From Armatimonadota bacterium (GTDB lineage: Bacteria; Armatimonadota; Fimbriimonadia; Fimbriimonadales; Fimbriimonadaceae): 64,000 bases of DNA. The stretch lies in assembly GCA_031400935.1 (NCBI GenBank), contig JANNQV010000039.1, forward strand, positions 1 through 64,000, in the 5' to 3' direction. Shown one piece after another: positions 10,642 through 20,511 of the stretch. The position numbers were made by a program, and so were the translations under genes. The notes under the pieces were generated by a model, which was not told where the DNA came from, made no database searches, and saw only the letters and a list, made by a program, of their open reading frames with translations. Within the stretch, counting starts at the first letter, position 1. Each line of letters opens with the position of its first letter.

Positions 10642-11473
10642 ATCAATCCTCCTTCTGCTTGCCTCGTTAGGATGTGTTTGGGCAGGGCATGTTTCCTCTG
10701 ACGAAGGCTCTTCGCTCGAAGTGCATTTCCTTTCTGTAGGTCAAGGAGATTGTACGGTTGTTCAGTACGAAGGTGTTACGATTCTGATAGATTCTGGTCC
10801 CAAAACGAAGCATTTCGATGCTGGGGAGCGCATTGTTACTCCCAAACTTCGCGCTTTAGGAATTCAAAACATTGATCTTCTCATTCTCACTCATCCCGAC
10901 ATGGATCACATAGGCGGACTTTCAGGGATTTCAAGGCGATTTTCGATTTCTAGAGTCATTGTGCCATCGTATTTTTCGAAGAATCCTGCAATCTTGGAGC
11001 AGATCGCGAATTCGGGAATATCAAAGGACAACTTAGTTTCCATTAGCGATGACCAGCAAATAAAGATTTCTGAATTTGTGATGCGATTCTCGCTTCCCGA
11101 ATGGGACCCTGCACTTCCAGACAACGAGGGCTCCTTAGTTAGCCAGATATTCGTAAATTCTAAGCCAATTGCCTTGCTTTCTGGTGATTTAGGCTCCGAT
11201 GCCGAGTTTGAACAGGCAAATCAGATCACCAAAGGCTCGCCTATACTCTTGGCAGGCCATCACGGAAGCTCAGGCTCCACTTCCTCTGCCTGGCTTAGGA
11301 TCGCAAATCCGAAATGGGTTGTCATTAGCTGCGGAACTGGAAACAGCTACGGGCATCCTGCCAAGGAAACCTTAGACCGAATAACCCAATCAAAGGCTGA
11401 CGGTTTGCGAACTGATCTCTTGGGCGACATCAGTTTTAGAGTCAAAAATGGCAGGATTGAAAGGGTTCGCTAA
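10625..11473 (+). CDS. ComEC-type metallo-beta-lactamase-fold protein (split C-terminal part of ComEC)
   Basis: VGQGD, THPDMDHIGG, GHHGS and NSYGHP motifs; GTG at 10625 after GGAGG. Confidence 0.88.
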   Translation: MRALHKSILLLLASLGCVWAGHVSSDEGSSLEVHFLSVGQGDCTVVQYEGVTILIDSGPKTKHFDAGERIVTPKLRALGIQNIDLLILTHPDMDHIGGLSGISRRFSISRVIVPSYFSKNPAILEQIANSGISKDNLVSISDDQQIKISEFVMRFSLPEWDPALPDNEGSLVSQIFVNSKPIALLSGDLGSDAEFEQANQITKGSPILLAGHHGSSGSTSSAWLRIANPKWVVISCGTGNSYGHPAKETLDRITQSKADGLRTDLLGDISFRVKNGRIERVR

Positions 11474-14082
11474 CCACCAAACAGCTTTCTCCGCTCTTCA
11501 AGTTTCGTCTTACGTTCTGTCAGCTCTGTCATCTGATTCCGAACATCGGTGACAATTTCTGGTTTCGCTCTTTCAACAAATTGGGGATTCGAAAGCCGAT
11601 TCAATAAAACTGCCAAATCCAGATCAATAGATGACAATTCCTTTGAAAGCCTCTCAAGCTCTCCGGCCATTCGATTTTCATCCATCTCTTCACCCATCGG
11701 CAAATGTATTTCCACTCCTGAATCGTTCGCGTAGATACATGATTCACTCTCTGGAGGCTTGCCATAAATGACTTCTTGAACCCAGGATTGGCTTCGAATG
11801 ATCTCTTCGATGCCTTGGCAATTTCCTTCCAGGTAGATAGTTGGAATCGTCTTTCCGGGAGAAAGCCCCTGCTCGGCTCGAAGAGCTCGAACGGCCCGGG
11901 TGATTGCGAATGCTCTTTCCACCTTTGTTTCGGCTGCCATATCGCGATTGCTTTCGGACGACGTTGGCCAGTCAGATGACATTAAATAAGTTGACTTCCT
12001 TTCACCTGGCAGATGAGAGTAAATTTCTTCTGTGATGTGCGGCATGATTGGGTGCATCATGGCTAGAAATGCCTCTAGAGAATGAATCAATACCCACTTT
12101 GGAGCCATTTCGCCGGCTTCGATCCGCTTTTTGCTCACCTCGATATACCAATCGCAGAGCTCGTTCCAAAAGAACTTGTAAAGAATTGCGCAAACTTCCA
12201 GCAGATTATAGGAGTCGTATGCGGTCTGTGCTGTGCTCACCGCTTCTGCCAATCGGCTCAATAGCCACCGATCTACATCTTCAAAGTTGTCAGGCTTGAT
12301 TGGCGCCTCATTGCAATGCATAAGGATAAACCTCGATGCATTCCAGATCTTATTGCAGAAGTTACGCGCGTCATCCGTCCGCTTTTCAGAATATCGAATA
12401 TCCTGGTTGTAACCAGTCTGGCTAAAGAGGGTGTACCGAAGCGCATCAGCTCCTTTCGATTCAATAATTTCCATCGGATCAATGCCAGTGCCTAGGCTTT
12501 TGCTCATTCGTTTGCCAGATTCAGTCAGAACAGTTGCATAGATATAGACCTCGCGAAATGGGATGTCTTTGGCGAAATCGAGACCCATCATCACCATTCG
12601 GGCAACCCATAAGAAGAGAATCTCGCGGCTTGTGACGAGGACGCTAGTAGGATAGAACGCCTTTAAATCGTCAGTTTCATTCGGCCAGCCAAGGGTAGCA
12701 AATGGCCAAAGGCCGCTACTAAACCAAGTGTCCAAAACCCGCTCATCTTGCCTGACAATTGGCTTGCCCAGCTTCTTTTCAGCCTCCTTTTGGTTGACAG
12801 CCGCTGTAAAGGTGCCATCTTCAGCGTAATAGACGGGAATTCGATGCCCCCACCAAAGGTTTCGGCTAACATTCCAATCGCGGAGCCCTCCAAGCCATTC
12901 GAGGAAGATGCCCTCGTACCGCTCGGGGACGAAACGAACTTTTCCGTCCGTGACAACCTTTGCTGCTGTCGAGGCAAATTCAGCTTGCTTAACGAACCAT
13001 TCTTCCCTTAACATAGGCTCAATCGGCTCGCCAGAGCGCTCGCTAACAGTTAGTGCTATCTCATGATCATCAACTTTCTCAAGCAATCCGGCAGCTTCTA
13101 AATCTGCAACGATCCGCTTTCTCGCCTCCCTCCGCTCGAGTCCAGAGTAGACTCCGCCACGCTCGTTGACTTTCCCTTTGGAATCGAAAATGACGGGCAT
13201 CGGCAAGCTATGCCGAACACCAACTTCGAAATCATTGGCATCATGGGCAGGTGTGATCTTCACTGCCCCCGTTCCAAATTCGGGATCGGGATACGTGTCC
13301 GCAATCAGAGGAATTTCCCTTCCGACGAGCGGTAAAACAAGCATCTTTCCAATAAGAGATGTGTATCGCTTATCGCTGGGATGCACTGCAACAGCAACGT
13401 CCCCCAACATGGTTTCGGGCCTAGTAGTCGCGATAACCAGGTGCCCAGAACCATCGGCAAACGGATACCGAACATGAAAGAGCTTTCCTTTTGTTATGAC
13501 GCGTTCGGTTTCAATATCAGACACGCTAGTTTCGAGAACCGGGTCCCAATTCACAACCCTCTCGCCAAGATAAACGTAGCCTCGGTCGAACCAGTCAACA
13601 AAAACCTTGATTACTGCCGAGGCATAATCTTCATCGAGGGTAAAGCGCTGTCGAGTCCAATCAAAGGCGCAACCGAGCCTCCGCAATTGCTGCAAAATAG
13701 AGTCGCCGCTTTCCTTTCGCCACTCCCACACCCGCTCAACAAACGCGTCTCGCCCCATCGCCGCGGGGTTTTGCCCTTCGCTCTTCAGCTGCTTTGCGAC
13801 GACACTTTGAGTTGCAATCCCAGCATGGTCTTGTCCTGGCAAAATAAGTACTGAATCCCCGCGTAGCCTGCGGTAGCGCCCCAAAGCATCTTGAATCGGA
13901 TAGCAGAGGGCATGCCCCATGTGAAGAGACCCGGTTATGTTTGGGGGCGGGATCGTAATGCTGAAAAGAGGGCGACTAGAGTCCGAATTAGGTTCAAAAA
14001 GCCCAGCCATTTCCCAGGCGGAATACCACTCTTGTTCGACGGTGGAGGCGTCGTAGCGCGTTGGTAGTTCTATTAATCTCAT
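11470..14082 (-). CDS. valS: Valine--tRNA ligase
   Basis: PPPNITGSLHMGH, ATTRPETM, DTWFSSGLWP and RMSKS motifs. Confidence 0.97.
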   Translation of the reverse strand: MRLIELPTRYDASTVEQEWYSAWEMAGLFEPNSDSSRPLFSITIPPPNITGSLHMGHALCYPIQDALGRYRRLRGDSVLILPGQDHAGIATQSVVAKQLKSEGQNPAAMGRDAFVERVWEWRKESGDSILQQLRRLGCAFDWTRQRFTLDEDYASAVIKVFVDWFDRGYVYLGERVVNWDPVLETSVSDIETERVITKGKLFHVRYPFADGSGHLVIATTRPETMLGDVAVAVHPSDKRYTSLIGKMLVLPLVGREIPLIADTYPDPEFGTGAVKITPAHDANDFEVGVRHSLPMPVIFDSKGKVNERGGVYSGLERREARKRIVADLEAAGLLEKVDDHEIALTVSERSGEPIEPMLREEWFVKQAEFASTAAKVVTDGKVRFVPERYEGIFLEWLGGLRDWNVSRNLWWGHRIPVYYAEDGTFTAAVNQKEAEKKLGKPIVRQDERVLDTWFSSGLWPFATLGWPNETDDLKAFYPTSVLVTSREILFLWVARMVMMGLDFAKDIPFREVYIYATVLTESGKRMSKSLGTGIDPMEIIESKGADALRYTLFSQTGYNQDIRYSEKRTDDARNFCNKIWNASRFILMHCNEAPIKPDNFEDVDRWLLSRLAEAVSTAQTAYDSYNLLEVCAILYKFFWNELCDWYIEVSKKRIEAGEMAPKWVLIHSLEAFLAMMHPIMPHITEEIYSHLPGERKSTYLMSSDWPTSSESNRDMAAETKVERAFAITRAVRALRAEQGLSPGKTIPTIYLEGNCQGIEEIIRSQSWVQEVIYGKPPESESCIYANDSGVEIHLPMGEEMDENRMAGELERLSKELSSIDLDLAVLLNRLSNPQFVERAKPEIVTDVRNQMTELTERKTKLEERRKLFGG

Positions 14083-14129
14083 GATCACTATCCTGTCTTG
14101 ATAGAGCCGAATTGTACCAGACAGCTTTT

Positions 14130-14145
14130 TGTTTCACGTGAAACA
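14130..14145. promoter_or_regulatory. parS: parS centromere-like site
   Basis: Perfect palindrome TGTTTCACGTGAAACA, the canonical ParB-binding consensus. Confidence 0.9.
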
Positions 14146-14152
14146 TGGCCCA

Positions 14153-15127
14153 CTACTTTTGCGAAAAGAGGTCTGCAATCACGTCTTCAATCGGAATTTC
14201 TTCGATAGAGATGTCAATAACGGGAAGTTTCTGAAGTACGTTGGAAGTAATCGAAGCAATCTCTTTTCGCGGCACTTCCAAAATTGCTTGCCCGTCTCCA
14301 AATTCAACTAAGTTTCCAAAGTTCTCGATCTCGGCTCGTTCGACTTCAATAGAGAAGGTCAGCTTCAACCTGCGCGAGTCTGTGTACTGTTTTGAAAGGA
14401 AGTCCAAAGTTCCATCAAAGACCTGAGCACCATGGTCAATCACGATGACACGATCGCAAATTGCTTCTACGTCTTGCATATAGTGGCTGGTCAGAATGAT
14501 CGTTGATCCATCGTCCTTGTGAGTCTCTAAAAGGAATTGGCGAATTCGTTTTTGCGATACAACATCTAGTCCAAGCGTTGGCTCGTCCAAGAACACAACT
14601 TTGGGACGATGAAGCAATGCTGCGACCAATTCGCATTTCATTCGCTCGCCTAAAGAGAGCTTTCTTACTTGAGTGTTAATTTTGTCCGACAGTTGCAGCA
14701 GTTCAATCAGCTCATCAGCCCTCGATTTGAAGAGTGCTTCTGGTATCTCATAAAGTTCTTTGAGGACTAAGTAACTGTCCCAAGCCGGCAGGTCCCACCA
14801 AAGCTGCTGCTTGTTCCCAACGACGAAGGCGATCTGCCTGAGCATCTCAGGTCTTCGATGAAATGGAGTGGCGCCGAGAACCGAGCAAGTGCCAGAAGTT
14901 GGGTTCAAAATGCCTGTTAGCATCTTTAGAGTTGTCGTTTTTCCTGCGCCATTGGGTCCCAAGAAACCGACTAATTCGCCTTGCTCAATTGAAATGGAAA
15001 TGTCCTTCACTGCATGAACTTCATTCCTTTGACGGCTAAATAAACTGGCAAAGGACCCTTTCATGCCAGGGTCTTTTTTGTGAGAGATGTAAGTCTTGCA
15101 GAGGCCCTTAGTTTCAATTGCAATCAT
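14153..15127 (-). CDS. ABC transporter ATP-binding protein
   Basis: GPNGAGKTT, LSLGERMK and FLDEPT motifs. Confidence 0.9.
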   Translation of the reverse strand: MIAIETKGLCKTYISHKKDPGMKGSFASLFSRQRNEVHAVKDISISIEQGELVGFLGPNGAGKTTTLKMLTGILNPTSGTCSVLGATPFHRRPEMLRQIAFVVGNKQQLWWDLPAWDSYLVLKELYEIPEALFKSRADELIELLQLSDKINTQVRKLSLGERMKCELVAALLHRPKVVFLDEPTLGLDVVSQKRIRQFLLETHKDDGSTIILTSHYMQDVEAICDRVIVIDHGAQVFDGTLDFLSKQYTDSRRLKLTFSIEVERAEIENFGNLVEFGDGQAILEVPRKEIASITSNVLQKLPVIDISIEEIPIEDVIADLFSQK

Positions 15128-15145
15128 AGCTTCTTCACTAACAAT

Positions 15146-15964
15146 TCATTTTGACTGAAAGTAGGAAATGAGAATTAGCACCGGCAACGCGCAAAAGAGA
15201 AGGGAGTCAATTCGATCAAGGATGCCGCCATGACCAGGAAGCAAGTTGCCGCTGTCCTTAGTGTTTGCCAATCGCTTGATCCAGCTCTCATAGAGGTCCC
15301 CAATTTGGCCTAGAATCCCGCATGCGCAGCCGCAAGCCAGTGAAACAGGCACAGAAAATCCAAGATAGGGACCTAGGGCTACCGCGGCACCGGCTGTTGC
15401 AAGAAGATTTCCAATAGAACCTTCAATTGTTTTCTTTGGTGAAATACTTGGAGCTAATGCATGCTTGCCTAGATATCTGCCAACAAAAATTGCGGCTGTG
15501 TCGCCTGCCCAAATTGGGAGGATAAGCATAAGAATTGGGTTCAAAAAGTTCCATTTTAAGGTAAGAGGATCGGTTCTGCCCAGTTGGTGGAGTGCGATCA
15601 TCCCGACAATAGGGACGCAAATGTAGAATGCAGAAAGAACCACAAAAAGGGATCCCTTAAAGCGCCTCAGAGCAAACCCTGCTCCAATTACTGAAGCAAA
15701 GTGAAGGCCCGCCAAAAACATCGCCGCATAAGGGATGTCTGACCGCTTAGCTACATACGTGAACCCGCTTGAACTCAAAAGTGTAAGTGCGACTACAGAG
15801 GCAACCACCAGTGGAAGCTGCTTTTTGGCGAGGTGTGCCGCTTCCATCAAGCCCAATGAGGCAACAACAACTAGTAGGATACCTAACGGATATGCTCCTG
15901 CCCAGAACACACATGCGAGCACGACAGGGATTCCCACGATTGCTGTGAAGATTCGCTGTTTCAC
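15146..15964 (-). CDS. cdsA: Phosphatidate cytidylyltransferase
   Basis: ISPKKTIEG and KDSGNLLPGHGGILDRIDS motifs. Confidence 0.95.
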   Translation of the reverse strand: MKQRIFTAIVGIPVVLACVFWAGAYPLGILLVVVASLGLMEAAHLAKKQLPLVVASVVALTLLSSSGFTYVAKRSDIPYAAMFLAGLHFASVIGAGFALRRFKGSLFVVLSAFYICVPIVGMIALHQLGRTDPLTLKWNFLNPILMLILPIWAGDTAAIFVGRYLGKHALAPSISPKKTIEGSIGNLLATAGAAVALGPYLGFSVPVSLACGCACGILGQIGDLYESWIKRLANTKDSGNLLPGHGGILDRIDSLLFCALPVLILISYFQSK

Positions 15965-16065
15965 TATTCAGGGATTTTAGCCCGTTCCGGCTATTGAAGT
16001 TCGATGACTTCAAGAGCTAGCGCCAAAATGATGGAGTTGAGCTCAAACATCCGATGATTGTCAGT

Positions 16066-16698
16066 TCAATCTTGGAGCAAGTGCCCAATTTTTCGTTTGA
16101 CCCGTTGAAGCGCATTATCTATGGATTTCGTGTGAACTTCAAGCTGATCGCCCATTTCGCGATACGACATTCCCTGCAAATAGCATCGCAAGACAGATCG
16201 TTCAAGATCAGAAAGCAAGTGCTGCGCTATTTCATGGAGGTTTTGCGGAAGCTGCGGCGCCATCATTTGCACACATGCGTGATCAATTGCTTGGTCGGGC
16301 AATACATCAAGCAGCGACTGGTCATTTACGTCACCCATATTTGAACGATGGAGAGAGACGTATCCGTTCAACGGAACATGTTTTTGCCGTGTAGCGGTCT
16401 TTACTGCAGTAATAATTTGCCTCGTAACACAAAGCTCTGCAAAGGGACGAAACTTGGTTAGGCGATCTGTTCGAAAGTCTCGAATTGCCTTGTATAGGCC
16501 GATCATGCCTTCTTGAACGACATCATCGTGGTCCGCCCCAATCACAAAATAGGCACGAGCTTTGCTTTCGACCAAAGAACGGTATCGAGTAATTAAAAAT
16601 TCTGCTGCGCTTGGGTTGCCACCATGTGCCAAATTAACCACTTCTTCATCTGGCATGAAGTGAAAGCAATTCTCGCTTGAATACCCTAAAGTGGCCAT
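16066..16698 (-). CDS. sigH: RNA polymerase sigma factor SigH family
   Basis: QEGMIGLYKAIRDF, FAELCVTRQIITAVKTATRQKH.PLN and KSIDNALQRVKRK match Firmicutes SigH. Confidence 0.92.
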   Translation of the reverse strand: MATLGYSSENCFHFMPDEEVVNLAHGGNPSAAEFLITRYRSLVESKARAYFVIGADHDDVVQEGMIGLYKAIRDFRTDRLTKFRPFAELCVTRQIITAVKTATRQKHVPLNGYVSLHRSNMGDVNDQSLLDVLPDQAIDHACVQMMAPQLPQNLHEIAQHLLSDLERSVLRCYLQGMSYREMGDQLEVHTKSIDNALQRVKRKIGHLLQD

Positions 16699-16878
16699 GG
16701 TCGCTCCGCAAAAAAACTTGATTCGAACCGGAAATTTCTCCTGTGAAATTTACCGTAACAGCATTCTACAAAGAACCGCGCAATAAGTCAACTGTTTTCC
16801 ATCATTTTTGCAAAAGAATGAGCGCCTAGGACAATCGTCCACTGGGCGCCCATTTATTTTTCGCGCACTGAGCACGAT

Positions 16879-17901
16879 TTACGGATTAACTTTAAGTAGA
16901 ACGGTCGTCGAATATGCTTTCTTTAGACCGTACACATCCGTGATCGTCAGAGTGACCTTATAAGTCCCCGGTACCCGAAATCTTCGTTTGATATATTGGC
17001 CTTCAGCATCAATTTGGACTCCGTCTTTGTCATCAAAGTCCCATGAATACTTCAGCACGCTGCTGCCGCCAAATCCAATGGCACGGAATTCAATTTCATC
17101 GCCAAGCGCCAAGTTGCGATCTTGGTTTGGAATCATCTCGCCAGAAATCGGAGTTGAATCATTTACTATTCGAATATCTCCAACATAGAATGTCGAAATG
17201 GCGTCTCCCGAAATGCTAATGCCTGTAACTGACTTGTTTGATTTATCAAGCCCTGTAATAGATTGAAGCGGCACTGCTACTGTAATCCAATTGCGGTCTC
17301 CAACTTTGGAAGTCGTGATTGGAACATAGACTTCGGATTTCTTGCCGTCAGATGTTGTAAAAGTGAACCGCAGGTTTTTGAGGTTTGTGGCATCAGGATT
17401 CAGGGTTGATGATCGGCCCGCTTGTGCTCCGCCTGCACCAGCACCGCCGCCTCTTCCACCAAGTTGACCTCCTGCCGCACCACCAGCTCCAGGACCGCTT
17501 GCTCCTCCTACGCCGCCTGCTGCTCCCGCTCCACCGCCTCCTCCGAGTCCTCCGCCTTGCTTCTCGCCTTGGCCTCCCCCACCGCCGCCAAGAGTTAGGT
17601 TAGCGTCAGCCACTCGAATTGTAAATCGAATCAAGTTGTTCCTATCGCTAAAGTCACCCGCCAAATCGGAGGGTTTTTCCAGCAATATGGTTCCGCCTTG
17701 GAAGAAGTTTCGCGTAGAAACACGGATCGAATAAGTTCCTTCAAAAGCAAGTTCATCCGTTTCGCTAATCGTTCCACTCCCCCAAGCTCGCAAGTTCATT
17801 GACTGATCCTTGAGCGATCGAACTGGAGTGTAAATAGCTTGCTGTGCAACTGCTGTAGCAGCTAGAATTCCCATTACTGTTATTGTCATTGGTATTTTCA
17901 T
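16879..17901 (-). CDS. Secreted PKD-domain protein with a Gly-rich insert
   Basis: Signal peptide; C-terminal YSWDFD...PGTYKVTLTITD PKD motif; ATG at 17901 with GAGG SD. Confidence 0.7.
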   Translation of the reverse strand: MKIPMTITVMGILAATAVAQQAIYTPVRSLKDQSMNLRAWGSGTISETDELAFEGTYSIRVSTRNFFQGGTILLEKPSDLAGDFSDRNNLIRFTIRVADANLTLGGGGGGQGEKQGGGLGGGGGAGAAGGVGGASGPGAGGAAGGQLGGRGGGAGAGGAQAGRSSTLNPDATNLKNLRFTFTTSDGKKSEVYVPITTSKVGDRNWITVAVPLQSITGLDKSNKSVTGISISGDAISTFYVGDIRIVNDSTPISGEMIPNQDRNLALGDEIEFRAIGFGGSSVLKYSWDFDDKDGVQIDAEGQYIKRRFRVPGTYKVTLTITDVYGLKKAYSTTVLLKVNP

Positions 17902-17917
17902 TTGCTTCCTCGTATTC

Positions 17918-18703
17918 TTAAAACCCTTCGCCCACACGAACTCGTTCAATGTGGATAGCGCGGCCTGTATCTCTTTCGACGTCAACTACTACCCCAGAGA
18001 TTACACCAGGATTGTTCGCGACTTCAAATCTTTCGGGCATTCCGACCAAAAATCTTCTCAAAATCACTTCTTTTTCCATTCCGAGCACAGAATCAATAGG
18101 TCCGCACATTCCCACATCTGTAATCGCAGCGGTTCCTCCCGGCAAAATGCGTTCGTCTGCAGTTGCGACATGCGTATGCGTTCCCACTACTGCTGAAACT
18201 CTACCCTCAACATGGTATGTAAATGCCAGTTTCTCACTTGTCGCTTCAGCATGAAAGTCAATAAAGATGTGCGGGGTCTGAGCTTCAGCAATTAGACGAT
18301 CAACAAATCGGAACGGGTCATCGTATGAATCCATGAAAACCCTTCCGCAAAGATTCATGATTGCGAGGTCAATTCCGCCCTTCTGAATATGCATCATTCC
18401 TCGCCCTGGGACTCCAGGCGCCATATTTGCGGGTCGAATAATTCGATGCTCTCTTTCTAAACAGGGGCCGATGTCCCTTTTATGAAAGGCGTGGTTTCCA
18501 AGCGTAATTCCATCAACTCCGCACTTCAACAGCTCTTCGACAATCTCCGGCGTGATCCCAACACCAGCAGCAGAATTCTCCCCATTGACTAAAGTGAATT
18601 GCGGTTTAAAGTGATTTTGAAGTTCGGGAAGAGACTCTTTGACAATCGTTCGGCCAGGCTTGCCGACGATATCTCCCAAAAACAAAATGCGGTACGAATT
18701 CAC
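17918..18703 (-). CDS. ymdB: TIGR00282/YmdB metallophosphoesterase
   Basis: GDIVG, NGEN, GNH, DFHAEATSEK and GTHTHV motifs. Confidence 0.93.
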   Translation of the reverse strand: MNSYRILFLGDIVGKPGRTIVKESLPELQNHFKPQFTLVNGENSAAGVGITPEIVEELLKCGVDGITLGNHAFHKRDIGPCLEREHRIIRPANMAPGVPGRGMMHIQKGGIDLAIMNLCGRVFMDSYDDPFRFVDRLIAEAQTPHIFIDFHAEATSEKLAFTYHVEGRVSAVVGTHTHVATADERILPGGTAAITDVGMCGPIDSVLGMEKEVILRRFLVGMPERFEVANNPGVISGVVVDVERDTGRAIHIERVRVGEGF

Positions 18704-18865
18704 GTATCCTGCTATTGTAGCGAATTGAGTTCACTGTGGGAGTGCACAGGTTCGGCTTTGAGAGATAGATGGAAGTCTTGCTTCGCGATGTCATTGGACT
18801 GGTATGACGAATTTGTCCTAGATATGCTATCAGTCTTATCTTTGATTCCCAAAAAACTTCCCAAT

Positions 18866-19291
18866 CTAATCAGAACCAAAATACTCATTCAGGCCCTGAT
18901 CAATGTTCTCTTCTGAAAACTGCCGCCCTGCCAAGAACCGCCAAGCCTTTGCTTTTTCGTTGCCTCGATATTTCTTCTTTGCCAAAAGACTTCGAATGGC
19001 ATCAATTTCCGAATCATCAGGAATAGCTGCAACGGCAGCCTCGACAATTTCCTCAGAGATACCTTCGCCGATGAGCCGTTCTCTCAGCTTCTGCTTGCCG
19101 TACTTGCCCGAAGTTTGTAAACCCGCGGCAAAAGTAGTTGCTCTTCGCTCATCGTTTAACAAGCCTTTACTTTTCAGCCAAGAAACAACCTCTTCAGCCA
19201 CATCAGGCGATTGGCCTTTCTTCAAAAGATGCTCAGAAAGCCGCGCTTCCGAACGATCACGGATCGCAAGAAACGCAAGCGCAGCCTTCAA
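18866..19291 (-). CDS. recX: Regulatory protein RecX
   Basis: LAIRDRSEARL, LNDERRA, YGKQKL and FLAGRQF motifs; directly follows recA. Confidence 0.88.
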   Translation of the reverse strand: MKAALAFLAIRDRSEARLSEHLLKKGQSPDVAEEVVSWLKSKGLLNDERRATTFAAGLQTSGKYGKQKLRERLIGEGISEEIVEAAVAAIPDDSEIDAIRSLLAKKKYRGNEKAKAWRFLAGRQFSEENIDQGLNEYFGSD

Positions 19292-19314
19292 GGCAACCCT
19301 GTCAACAGGAATTT

Positions 19315-20385
19315 CTATCCCAATATCTCTTCTTCCATCTCCTCGAGTTCGTCAATAATAGCTTTCGCGCTTGGACGGACGGTTCGCATCATATCCCGAA
19401 CTTTCTTATCCATTTCAGAAAAGACTTCTAGGTGCTCTTCGAGGAAATTCCGAGCATTGTCTCGACCTTGCCCCAAACGGGTTTCGCCGTAGTTGAAGTA
19501 AGTGCCAGCTCTTGTCACGACTCCTTGCAACACTGCGGAATCCAACAAATCGCCCGACTTGCTGATTCCTTTGCCGAAAATCATGTCGAATTCAACGTTT
19601 TTGAACGGCGGAGCGACCTTGTTCTTCACAACTTTCACTTTGGTTCTCGAACCGATCTGATCTGTGCCAACTTTAATAGCTTCGCCGCGCCGAACTTCCA
19701 ATCGAACCGACGCCCAGAATTTGAGTGCCCGCCCACCTGGAGTTGTTTCCGGATTTCCGTACATCACGCCGATCTTTTCGCGAAGCTGGTTAATGAAAAT
19801 CACAGCAGTATTCGATTTGTTTACGTTGCCACCGAGCTTTCTCAGGGCCTGGCTCATCATTCTGGCTTGAATTCCCACAAAGGAATCGCCCATTTCACCC
19901 TCGAATTCAGCTTTGGGAACGAGAGCTGCAACAGAATCCAAAACGCAAATGTCAATTGCACCGGAGCTAATCATCGCATCCATGATTTCCAGTGCTTCTT
20001 CTCCTGTCGTCGGCTGAGCGATATACAGCCGGTCTACGTCAACCCCGAGTGCTTTTGCGTATTCGGTGTCCAGAGCGTGCTCTGCGTCCACAAAGAGGGC
20101 TATTCCGCCCTTCTTCTGAGCCTCTGCAACGCAGTGAAGGGCAAGGGTGGTCTTTCCTGACGACTCCGTACCATAAATCTCGGTGATTCTCCCGCAAGGC
20201 AGCCCGCCAATCCCCAAAGCGACATCTAGCGAAAGTGACCCGGTCGAAATCGCCTCGATCGGCTCTTGCGAGCCATCCCCCATCCGCATGATCGCACCTT
20301 TGCCGAAAGCCTTTTCAATCTGATGAAGAGCGGAATCCAGAGAACTGGATTTGTTGCTCGAAGACACGTTTTTTTCGTTTGCCAT
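19315..20385 (-). CDS. recA: Recombinase RecA
   Basis: [30 protein letters not shown] and KNKVAPPF motifs. Confidence 0.99.
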   Translation of the reverse strand: MANEKNVSSSNKSSSLDSALHQIEKAFGKGAIMRMGDGSQEPIEAISTGSLSLDVALGIGGLPCGRITEIYGTESSGKTTLALHCVAEAQKKGGIALFVDAEHALDTEYAKALGVDVDRLYIAQPTTGEEALEIMDAMISSGAIDICVLDSVAALVPKAEFEGEMGDSFVGIQARMMSQALRKLGGNVNKSNTAVIFINQLREKIGVMYGNPETTPGGRALKFWASVRLEVRRGEAIKVGTDQIGSRTKVKVVKNKVAPPFKNVEFDMIFGKGISKSGDLLDSAVLQGVVTRAGTYFNYGETRLGQGRDNARNFLEEHLEVFSEMDKKVRDMMRTVRPSAKAIIDELEEMEEEILG

Positions 20386-20433
20386 TTGTAATGCACTCCT
20401 AAGTTAGATTCGTTTATGTAGACAAGTGATGCA

Positions 20434-20462
20434 ATTGTATACTAGTTTTATGAAAATGTCTA
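20434..20462 (-). promoter_or_regulatory. Sigma70-type promoter of recA
   Basis: Minus strand TAGACA (20462-20457), 17-nt spacer, TACAAT (20439-20434). Confidence 0.65.
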
Positions 20463-20511
20463 GTGTTTTGTGAAAAAAGTTGACAAAAGTTGATTTTGAT
20501 GCTGAAATTCT

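Noticed and set aside
19432..20160. 242-aa + strand ORF antisense to recA, and many similar shadow ORFs over valS, mutS, alaS and csaB
   Set aside because: They fully overlap well-supported genes on the opposite strand and have no recognisable motifs
20400..20470. LexA/SOS box upstream of recA
   Set aside because: No convincing GAAC-N4-GTTC, GTAC-type or CTGT-N8-ACAG match; only the sigma70 promoter is supportable
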